This document shows, piece after piece, positions 54,121 to 64,000 of a stretch of DNA of 64,000 nucleotides (position 1 is its first letter; every line of letters begins with the position of its first letter). The notes beneath the pieces are model-generated. The model made no database searches and had not been told where the DNA came from. It saw nothing but the letters and a program-made list of their open reading frames with translations. Made by a program: the position numbers and the translations under genes. The stretch comes from the human T2T-CHM13v2.0 reference genome, Homo sapiens, in the NCBI RefSeq assembly GCF_009914755.1, contig NC_060931.1. One strand, given 5' to 3'.

Positions 54121-57100
54121 TCATACTAGACAGAAGAATTCTCAGTAACTTCTTTGTGCTGTGTGTATTCAACTCACAGAGTGGAACGTCCCTTTGCACA
54201 GAGCAGATTTGGAACACTCTTTTTGTGGAGTTTGCTAGTGGAGATTTCAAGCGATTTGATGCCAACAGTAGAAAAGGAAATATCTTCAAATAAAAACTAG
54301 ACAGAATCATTCTCAGAAACTACTTTGTGATGTGTGCCTTCAACTCACAGAGTTTAACCTTTCTTTTCTTAGAGCAGTTTAGAAACACTCTGCTTGTTAT
54401 GTCTGCAAGTGGATATTTGGACCTCTTTGAGGCCTTCGTTGCAAACGGGGTTTCTTCCTTTCATGCTAGACTAAGAAGAGTTCTCAGTAACTTTTTTGTG
54501 TTGTGTGTATTCAACTCACAGAGTTGAACCTTGCTTTAGAGAGAGCAGATTTGAAACACTCTTGCTGTGGCATTTTCAGGTGGAGATTTCAAGCGATTTG
54601 AGGACAATTGCAGAAAAGGAAATATCTTCGTATAATAACCAGACAGAATCATTCTCAGAAAGTGCTTTGTGATGTGTGCGTTCAACTCACAGAGTTTAAC
54701 CTTTCTTTTCATAGAGGAGTTTGGAAACACACTGTTTGTAAAGTCTGCAAGTGGATATATGGACCTGTTTGAGGCCTTCGTTGGAAACGGGATTTCTTCA
54801 TTGAATGCTAGACGGAAGAATTCTCAGTAAATTCTTTGTGTTGTGTGCATTCAACTCACAGAGTGGAACGTCCCTTTAGACAGAGCAGATTTGAAACACT
54901 TTTTGGCGGAATTTGCAAGTGGAGATTTCTAGCCATTTGATGCCAACAGTAGAAAGGGAAATATCTTCAAATAAAAACCAGACAGAATCATTCTCAGAAA
55001 ATTCTTTGTGATGTGTGCGTTCAACTCACATAGTTTAACCTTTCTTTTCATAGAGCAGTTTGGAAACACTCTGTTTGTAAAGTCTGCAAGTGGATATATG
55101 GACCGCATTGAGGCCTTCGTTGGAAACGGGATTTCTTCATTTCATGCTAGACAGAAGAATTCTCAGTAACTTCTTTGTGCTGTGTGTATTCAACTCACAG
55201 AGTGGAACGTCCCTTTACACAGAGCAGATTTGAAACACTCTTTTTGTGGAGTTTGCAAGTGGAGATTTCAAGCGATTTGATGCCAACAGTAGAAAAGGAA
55301 ATATCTTCAAATAAAAACTAGACAGAATCATTCTCAGAAACTACTTTGTGATGTGTGCCTTCAACTCACAGAGTTTAACCTTTCTTTTCTTAGAGCAGTT
55401 TAGAAACACTCTGCTTGTTATGTCTGCAAGTGGATATTTGGACCTCTTTGAGGCCTTCGTTGCAAACGGGGTTTCTTCCTTTAATGCTAGACTAAGAAGA
55501 GTTCTCAGTAACTTTTCTGTGTTGTGTGTATTCAACTCACAGAGTTGAACCTTGCTTTAGAGAGAGCAGATTTGAAACACTCTCGCTGTGGAATTTTCAG
55601 GTGGAGATTTCAAGCGATTTGAGGACAATTGCAGAAAAGGAAATATCTTCGTATAATAACCAGACAGAATCATTCTCAGAAAGTGCTTTGTGATGTGTGC
55701 GTTCAACTCACAGAGTTTAACCTTTCTTTTCATAGAGGAGTTTGGAAACACACTGTTTGTAAAGTCTGCAATTGGATATATGGACCTGTTTGAGGCCTTC
55801 GTTGGAAACGGGATTTCATCATTGAATGCTAGACGGAAGGATTCTCAGTAAATTCTTTGTGTTGTGTGCATTCAACTCACAGAGTGGAACGTCCCTTTAG
55901 ACAGAGCAGATTTGAAACACTCTTTTTGCGGAATTTGCAAGTGGAGATTTCTAGCCATTTGATGCCAACAGTAGAAAGGGAAATATCTTCAAATAAAAAC
56001 CAGACAGAATCATTCTCAGAAAATTCTTTGTGATGTGTGCGTTCAACTCACATAGTTTAACCTTTCTTTTCATAGAGCAGTTTGGAAACACTCTGTTTGT
56101 AAAGTCTGCAAGTGGATATATGGACCGCATTGAGGCCTTCGTTGGAAACGGGATTTCTTCATTTCATACTAGACAGAAGAATTCTCAGTAACTTCTTTGT
56201 GCTGTGTGTATTCAACTCACAGAGTGGAACGTCCCTTTGCACAGAGCAGATTTGAAACACTCTTTTTGTGGAGTTTGCTAGTGGAGATTTCAAGCGATTT
56301 GATGCCAACAGTAGAAAAGGAAATATCTTCAAATAAAAACTAGACAGAATCATTCTCAGAAACTACTTTGTGATGTGTGCCTTTAACTCACAGAGTTTAA
56401 CCTTTCTTTTCTTAGAGCAGTTTAGAAACACTCTGCTTGTTATGTCTGCAAGTGGATATTTGGACCTCTTTGAGGCCTTCGTTGCAAACGGGGTTTCTTC
56501 CTTTCATGCTAGACTAAGAAGAGTTCTCAGTAACTTTTTTGTGTTGTGTGTATTCAACTCACAGAGTTGAACCTTGCTTTAGAGAGAGCAGATTTGAAAC
56601 ACTCTTGCTGTGGCATTTTCAGGTGGAGATTTCAAGCGATTTGAGGACAATTGCAGAAAAGGAAATATCTTCGTATAATAACCAGACAGAATCATTCTCA
56701 GAAAGTGCGTTGTGATGTGTGCGTTCAACTCACAGAGTTTAACCTTTCTTTTCATAGAGGAGCTTGGAAACACACTGTTTGTAAAGTCTGCAATTGGATA
56801 TATGGACCTGTTTGAGGCCTCCGTTGGAAACGGGATTTCTTCATTGAATGCTAGACGGAAGAATTCTCAGTAAATTCTTTGTGTTATGTGCATTGAACTC
56901 ACAGAGTGGAACGTCCCTTTAGACAGAGCAGATTTGAAACACTCTTTTTGCGGAATTTGCAAGTGGAGATTTCTAGCCATTTGATGTCAACAGTAGAAAG
57001 GGAAATATCTTCAAATAAAAACCAGACAGAATCATTCTCAGAAAATTCTTTGTGATGTGTGTGTTCAACTCACATAGTTTAACCTTTCTTTTCATAGAGC

Positions 57101-59671
57101 AGTTTGGAAACACTCTGTTTGTAAAGTCTGTAAGTGGATATATGGACCGCATTGAGGCCTTCGTTGGAAACGGGATTTCTTCATTTCATGCTAGACAGAA
57201 GAATTCTCAGTAACTTCTTTGTGCTGTGTGTATTCAACTCACAGAGTGGAACGTCCCTTTGCACAGAGCAGATTTGAAACACTCTTTTTGTGGAGTTTGC
57301 AAGTGGAGATTTCAAGCGATTTTATGCCAACAGTAGAAAAGGAAATATCTTCAAATAAAAACTAGACAGAATCATTCTCAGAAACTACTTTGTGATGTGT
57401 GCCTTCAACTCACAGAGTTTAACCTTTCTTTTCTTAGAGCAGTTTAGAAACACTCTGCTTGTTATGTCTGCAAGTGGATATTTGGACCTCTTTGAGGCCT
57501 TCGTTGCAAACGGGGTTTCTTCCTTTAATGCTAGACTAAGAAGAGTTCTCAGTAACTTTTTTGTGTTGTGTGTATTCAACTCACAGAGTTGAACCTTGCT
57601 TTAGAGAGAGCAGATTTGAAACACTCTCGCTGTGGAATTTTCAGGTGGAGATTTCAAGCGATTTGAGGACAATTGCAGAAAAGGAAATATCTTCGTATAA
57701 TAACCAGACAGAATCATTCTCAGAAAGTGCTTTGTGATGTGTGCGTTCAACTCACAGAGTTTAACCTTTCTTTTCATAGAGGAGTTTGGAAACACACTGT
57801 TTGTAAAGTCTGCAATTGGATATATGGACCTGTTTGAGGCCTTCGTTGGAAACGGGATTTCTTCATTGAATGCTAGACGGAAGGATTCTCAGTAAATTCT
57901 TTGTGTTGTGTGCATTCAACTCACAGAGTGGAACGTCCCTTTAGACAGAGCAGATTTGAAACACTCTTTTTGCGGAATTTGCAAGTGGAGATTTCTAGCC
58001 ATTTGATGCCAACAGTAGAAAGGGAAATATCTTCAAATAAAAACCAGACAGAATCATTCTCAGAAAATTCTTTGTGATGTGTGCGTTCAACTCACATAGT
58101 TTAACCTTTCTTTTCATAGAGCAGTTTGGAAACACTCTGTTTGTAAAGTCTGCAAGTGGATATATGGACCGCATTGAGGCCTTCGTTGGAAACGGGATTT
58201 CTTCATTTCATGCTAGACAGAAGAATTCTCAGTAACTTCTTTGTGCTGTGTGTATTCAACTCACAGAGTGGAACGTCCCTTTACACAGAGCAGATTTGAA
58301 ACACTCTTTTTGTGGAGTTTGCAAGTGGAGATTTCAAGCGATTTGATGCCAACAGTAGAAAAGGAAATATCTTCAAATAAAAACTAGACAGAATCATTCT
58401 CAGAAACTACTTTGTGATGTGTGCCTTCAACTCACAGAGTTTAACCTTTCTTTTCTTAGAGCAGTTTAGAAACACTCTGCTTGTTATGTCTGCAAGTGGA
58501 TATTTGGACCTCTTTGAGGCCTTCGTTGCAAACGGGGTTTCTTCCTTTCATGCTAGACTAAGAAGAGTTCTCAGTAACTTTTTTGTGTTGTGTGTATTCA
58601 ACTCACAGAGTTGAACCTTGCTTTAGAGAGAGCAGATTTGAAACACTCTTGCTGTGGCATTTTCAGGTGGAGATTTCAAGCGATTTGAGGACAATTGCAG
58701 AAAAGGAAATATCTTCGTATAATAACCAGACAGAATCATTCTCAGAAAGTGCTTTGTGATGTGTGCGTTCAACTCACAGAGTTTAACCTTTCTTTTCATA
58801 GAGGAGTTTGGAAACACACTGTTTGTAAAGTCTGCAAGTGGATATATGGACCTGTTTGAGGCCTTCGTTGGAAACGGGATTTCTTCATTGAATGCTAGAC
58901 GGAAGAATTCTCAGTAAATTCTTTGTGTTGTGTGCATTCAACTCACAGAGTGGAACGTCCCTTTAGACAGAGCAGATTTGAAACACTCTTTTTGCGGAAT
59001 TTGCAAGTGGAGATTTCTAGCCATTTGATGCCAACAGTAGAAAGGGAAATATCTTCAAATAAAAACCAGACAGAATCATTCTCAGAAAATTCTTTGTGAT
59101 GTGTGCGTTCAACTCACATAGTTTAACCTTTCTTTTCATAGAGCAGTTTGGAAACACTCTGTTTGTAAAGTCTGCAAGTGGATATATGGACCGCATTGAG
59201 GCCTTCGTTGGAAACGGGATTTCTTCATTTCATGCTAGACAGAAGAATTCTCAGTAACTTCTTTGTGCTGTGTGTATTCAACTCACAGAGTGGAACGTCC
59301 CTTTACACAGAGCAGATTTGAAACACTCTTTTTGTGGAGTTTGCAAGTGGAGATTTCAAGCGATTTGATGCCAACAGTAGAAAAGGAAATATCTTCAAAT
59401 AAAAACTAGACAGAATCATTCTCAGAAACTACTTTGTGATGTGTGCCTTCAACTCACAGAGTTTAACCTTTCTTTTCTTAGAGCAGTTTAGAAACACTCT
59501 GCTTGTTATGTCTGCAAGTGGATATTTGGACCTCTTTGAGGCCTTCGTTGCAAACGGGGTTTCTTCCTTTCATGCTAGACTAAGAAGAGTTCTCAGTAAC
59601 TTTTTTGTGTTGTGTGTATTCAACTCACAGAGTTGAACCTTGCTTTAGAGAGAGCAGATTTGAAACACTCT
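53801..59671 (+). repeat. Copy 2 of the ~5.9-kb block (see 40520-46390)
   Basis: Carries the same rare variant string, e.g. CATACT at 54125, CTCCG at 56821 and GTGTGTT at 57062, plus a few private differences (54212, 56886). Confidence 0.85.
56819..56835 (+). other. Disrupted CENP-B box 2 (HOR 56)
   Basis: CTCCGTTGGAAACGGGA: T>C at 56821, the duplicate of 43540. Confidence 0.85.
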
Positions 59672-62600
59672 TGCTGTGGCATTTTCAGGTGGAGATTTCA
59701 AGCGATTTGAGGACAATTGCAGAAAAGGAAATATCTTCGTATAATAACCAGACAGAATCATTCTCAGAAAGTGCTTTGTGATGTGTGCGTTCAACTCACA
59801 GAGTTTAACCTTTCTTTTCATAGAGGAGTTTGGAAACACACTGTTTGTAAAGTCTGCAAGTGGATATATGGACCTGTTTGAGGCCTTCGTTGGAAACGGG
59901 ATTTCTTCATTGAATGCTAGACGGAAGAATTCTCAGTAAATTCTTTGTGTTGTGTGCATTCAACTCACAGAGTGGAACGTCCCTTTAGACAGAGCAGATT
60001 TGAAACACTCTTTTTGCGGAATTTGCAAGTGGAGATTTCTAGCCATTTGATGCCAACAGTAGAAAGGGAAATATCTTCAAATAAAAACCAGACAGAATCA
60101 TTCTCAGAAAATTCTTTGTGATGTGTGCGTTCAACTCACATAGTTTAACCTTTCTTTTCATAGAGCAGTTTGGAAACACTCTGTTTGTAAAGTCTGCAAG
60201 TGGATATATGGACCGCATTGAGGCCTTCGTTGGAAACGGGATTTCTTCATTTCATGCTAGACAGAAGAATTCTCAGTAACTTCTTTGTGCTGTGTGTATT
60301 CAACTCACAGAGTGGAACGTCCCTTTTCACAGAGCAGATTTGAAACACTCTTTTTGTGGAGTTTGCAAGTGGAGATTTCAAGCGATTTGATGCCAACAGT
60401 AGAAAAGGAAGTATCTTCAAATAAAAACTAGACAGAATCATTCTCAGAAACTACTTTGTGATGTGTGCCTTCAACTCACAGAGTTTAACCTTTCTTTTCT
60501 TAGAGCAGCTTAGAAACACTCTGCTTGTTATGTCTGCAAGTGGATATTTGGACCTCTTTGAGGCCTTCGTTGCAAACGGGGTTTCTTCCTTTAATGCTAG
60601 ACTAAGAAGAGTTCTCAGTAACTTTTTTGTGTTGTGTGTATTCAACTCACAGAGTTGAACCTTGCTTTAGAGAGAGCAGATTTGAAACACTCTCGCTGTG
60701 GAATTTTCAGGTGGAGATTTCAAGCGATTTGAGGACAATTGCAGAAAAGGAAATATCTTCGTATAATAACCAGACAGAATCATTCTCAGAAAGTGCTTTG
60801 TGATGTGTGCGTTCAACTCACAGAGTTTAACCTTTCTTTTCATAGAGGAGTTTGGAAACACACTGTTTGTAATGTCTGCAATTGGATATATGGACCTGTT
60901 TGAGGCCTTCGTTGGAAACGGGATTTCTTCATTGAATGCTAGACGGAAGGATTCTCAGTAAATTCTTTGTGTTGTGTGCATTCAACTCACAGAGTGGAAC
61001 GTCCCTTTAGACAGAGCAGATTTGAAACACTCTTTTTGCGGAATTTGCAAGTGGAGATTTCTAGCCATTTGATGCCAACAGTAGAAAGGGAAATATCTTC
61101 AAATAAAAACCAGACAGAATCATTCTCAGAAAATTCTTTGTGATATGTGCGTTCAACTCACATAGTTTAACCTTTCTTTTCATAGAGCAGTTTGGAAACA
61201 CTCTGTTTGTAAAGTCTGCAAGTGGATATATGGACCGCATTGAGGCCTTCGTTGGAAACGGGATTTCTTCATTTCATGCTAGACAGAAGAATTCTCAGTA
61301 ACTTCTTTGTGCTGTGTGTATTCAACTCACAGAGTGGAACGTCCCTTTACACAGAGCAGATTTGAAACACTCTTTTTGTGGAGTTTGCAAGTGGAGATTT
61401 CAAGCGATTTGATGCCAACAGTAGAAAAGGAAATATCTTCAAATAAAAACTAGACAGAATCATTCTCAGAAACTACTTTGTGATGTGTGCCTTCAACTCA
61501 CAGAGTTTAACCTTTCTTTTCTTAGAGCAGTTTAGAAACACTCTGCTTGTTATGTCTGCAAGTGGATATTTGGACCTCTTTGAGGCCTTCGTTGCAAACG
61601 GGGTTTCTTCCTTTAATGCTAGACTAAGAAGAGTTCTCAGTAACTTTTTTGTGTTGTGTGTATTCAACTCACAGAGTTGAACCTTGCTTTAGAGAGAGCA
61701 GATTTGATACACTCTCGCTGTGGAATTTTCAGGTGGAGATTTCAAGCGATTTGAGGACAATTGCAGAAAAGGAAATATCTTCGTATAATAACCAGACAGA
61801 ATCATTCTCAGAAAGTGCTTTGTGATGTGTGCGTTCAACTCACAGAGTTTAACCTTTCTTTTCATAGAGGAGTTTGGAAACACACTGTTTGTAATGTCTG
61901 CAATTGGATATATGGACCTGTTTGAGGCCTTCGTTGGAAACGGGATTTCTTCATTGAATGCTAGACGGAAGAATTCTCAGTAAATTCTTTGTGTTGTGTG
62001 CATTCAACTCACAGAGTGGAACGTCCCTTTAGACAGAGCAGATTTGAAACACTTTTTGGCGGAATTTGCAAGTGGAGATTTTTAGCCATTTGATGCCAAC
62101 AGTAGAAAGGGAAATATCTTCAAATAAAAACCAGACAGAATCATTCTCAGAAAATTCTTTGTGATGTGTGCGTTCAACTCACATAGTTTAACCTTTCTTT
62201 TCATAGAGCAGTTTGGAAACACTCTGTTTGTAAAGTCTGCAAGTGGATATATGGACCGCATTGAGGCCTTCGTTGGAAACGGGATTTCTTCATTTCATGC
62301 TAGACAGAAGAATTCTCAGTAACTTCTTTGTGCTGTGTGTATTCAACTCACAGAGTGGAACGTCCCTTTGCACAGAGCAGATTTGAAACACTCTTTTTGT
62401 GGAGTTTGCAAGTGGAGATTTCAAGCGATTTGATGCCAACAGTAGAAAAGGAAGTATCTTCAAATAAAAACTAGACAGAATCATTCTCAGAAACTACTTT
62501 GTGATGTGTGCCTTCAACTCACCGAGTTTAACCTTTCTTTTCTGAGAGCAGCTTAGAAACACTCTGCTTGTTATGTCTGCAAGTTGATATTTGGACCTCT

Positions 62601-64000
62601 TTGAGGCCTTCGTTGCAAACGGGGTTTCTTCCTTTAATGCTAGACTAAGAAGAGTTCTCAGTAACTTTTTTGTGTTGTGTGTATTCAACTCACAGAGTTG
62701 AACCTTGCTTTAGAGAGAGCAGATTTGAAACACTCTTGCTGTGGCATTTTCAGGTGGAGATTTCAAGCGATTTGAGGACAATTGCAGAAAAGGAAATATC
62801 TTCGTATAATAACCAGACAGAATCATTCTCAGAAAGTGCTTTGTGATGTGTGCGTTCAACTCACAGAGTTTAACCTTTCTTTTCATAGAGGAGTTTGGAA
62901 ACACACTGTTTGTAAAGTCTGCAATTGGATATATGGACCTGTTTGAGGCCTTCGTTGGAAACGGGATTTCTTCATTGAATGCTAGACGGAAGAATTCTCA
63001 GTAAATTCTTTGTGTTGTGTGCATTCAACTCACAGAGTGGAACGTCCCTTTAGACAGAGCAGATTTGAAACACTTTTTGGCGGAATTTGCAAGTGGAGAT
63101 TTCTAGCCATTTGATGCCAACAGTAGAAAGGGAAATATCTTCAAATAAAAACCAGACAGAATCATTCTCAGAAAATTCTTTGTGATGTGTGTGTTCAACT
63201 CACATAGTTTAACCTTTCTTTTCATAGAGCAGTTTGGAAACACTCTGTTTGTAAAGTCTGCAAGTGGATATATGGACCGCATTGAGGCCTTCGTTGGAAA
63301 CGGGATTTCTTCATTTCATGCTAGACAGAAGAATTCTCAGTAACTTCTTTGTGCTGTGTGTATTCAACTCACAGAGTGGAACGTCCCTTTACACAGAGCA
63401 GATTTGAAACACTCTTTTTGTGGAGTTTGCAAGTGGAGATTTCAAGCGACTTGATGCCAACAGTAGAAAAGGAAATATCTTCAAATAAAAACTAGACAGA
63501 ATCATTCTCAGAAACTACTTTGTGATGTGTGCCTTCAACTCACAGAGTTTAACCTTTCTTTTCTTAGAGCAGTTTAGAAACACTCTGCTTGTTATGTCTG
63601 CAAGTGGATATTTGGACCTCTTTGAGGCCTTCGTTGCAAACGGGGTTTCTTCCTTTCATGCTAGACTAAGAAGAGTTCTCAGTAACTTTTTTGTGTTGTG
63701 TGTATTCAACTCACAGAGTTCAACCTTGCTTTAGAGAGAGCAGATTTGAAACACTCTTGCTGTGGCATTTTCAGGTGGAGATTTCAAGCGATTTGAGGAC
63801 AATTGCAGAAAAGGAAATATCTTCGTATAATAACCAGACAGAATCATTCTCAGAAAGTGCTTTGTGATGTGTGCGTTCAACTCACAGAGTTTAACCTTTC
63901 TTTTCATAGAGGAGTTTGGAAACACACTGTTTGTAAAGTCTGCAAGTGGATATATGGACCTGTTTGAGGCCTTCGTTGGAAACGGGATTTCTTCATTGAA

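Larger units (their letters stand above)
1..64000 (+). repeat. Alpha-satellite higher-order-repeat array, SF1 dimeric family, 6-mer HOR of 1022/1021 bp, ~62.6 copies; most likely human chromosome 7 D7Z1
   Basis: Seen: alphoid motifs (CATTCTCAGAAA, TTCAACTCACAGAG, GAAACACTCT, CTTCGTTGGAAACGGGA) recur every 169-171 bp. The same marker ORF recurs at 393, 1415, 2437 ... 63731 (62 intervals: 36 of 1022 bp, 26 of 1021 bp). Known: D7Z1 is an SF1 6-mer of ~1.02 kb. GCTGTGGCATTTTCAGGTGG (421-440) and AGCGATTTGAGGACAATTGC (449-468) match what I recall as chr7-specific alphoid primer sites (not verified). The alpha-satellite call is near certain; the chromosome assignment is about 0.85. Confidence 0.98.

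Noticed and set aside
4088-63340. Possible 37-HOR (~37.8-kb) periodicity (HOR 5 vs 42; HORs 23-25 vs 60-62)
   Set aside because: Intervening HORs do not match at that lag (e.g. 6 vs 43, 7 vs 44), so it is better explained by recurrent haplotypes.
184-63925. About 150 ORFs of 62-74 aa (e.g. MFPNSSMKRK..., MMCAFNSQSL..., MILSSFYLK..., MNTHNTKK...)
   Set aside because: These are chance stop-free frames in satellite DNA, repeated once per HOR on both strands and switched on or off by single SNVs. They have no recognisable domain, and most begin at non-ATG codons. They are useful only as haplotype markers.
1-64000. CRISPR-like array or other prokaryotic repeat system
   Set aside because: There are no unique spacers: the sequence between conserved motifs is itself repeated every 1022 bp. 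There are no cas or other genes, and the motifs are diagnostic of alpha satellite.
1-64000. Embedded L1/Alu/ERV insertion, inversion or truncated HOR variant
   Set aside because: HOR spacing never departs from 1021/1022 bp and all motifs stay on the same strand, leaving no room for such events.

Overview
The whole 64-kb window is one uninterrupted, single-orientation array of primate centromeric alpha-satellite DNA. It consists of ~171-bp monomers arranged as alternating A/B (J1/J2-type, suprachromosomal family 1) dimers, grouped into a 6-monomer higher-order repeat (HOR) of 1022 or 1021 bp. There are about 62.6 copies, each differing from the majority sequence at only ~0-10 positions. The unit length, the EcoRI pattern (340+682 bp, or 1022 bp in variant copies) and the monomer sequences best match the human chromosome 7 active array D7Z1; this is from recall, not a search. 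Every second monomer carries a CENP-B box (188 positions, 7 seen with a core-base change). I found no genes, RNA genes, transposons, inversions or monomer-level HOR rearrangements, and the listed ORFs are repeat artefacts. I found no evidence of a new coding system. The informative signal is in the SNV pattern: three recurrent HOR haplotypes with regional zoning, mosaic copies, and nested duplications of 1, 2, 3 and 5 HORs in tandem and at 13- and 15-HOR offsets. HOR copies are numbered 1-63 from position 1. Variant lists were read by eye and may be incomplete.
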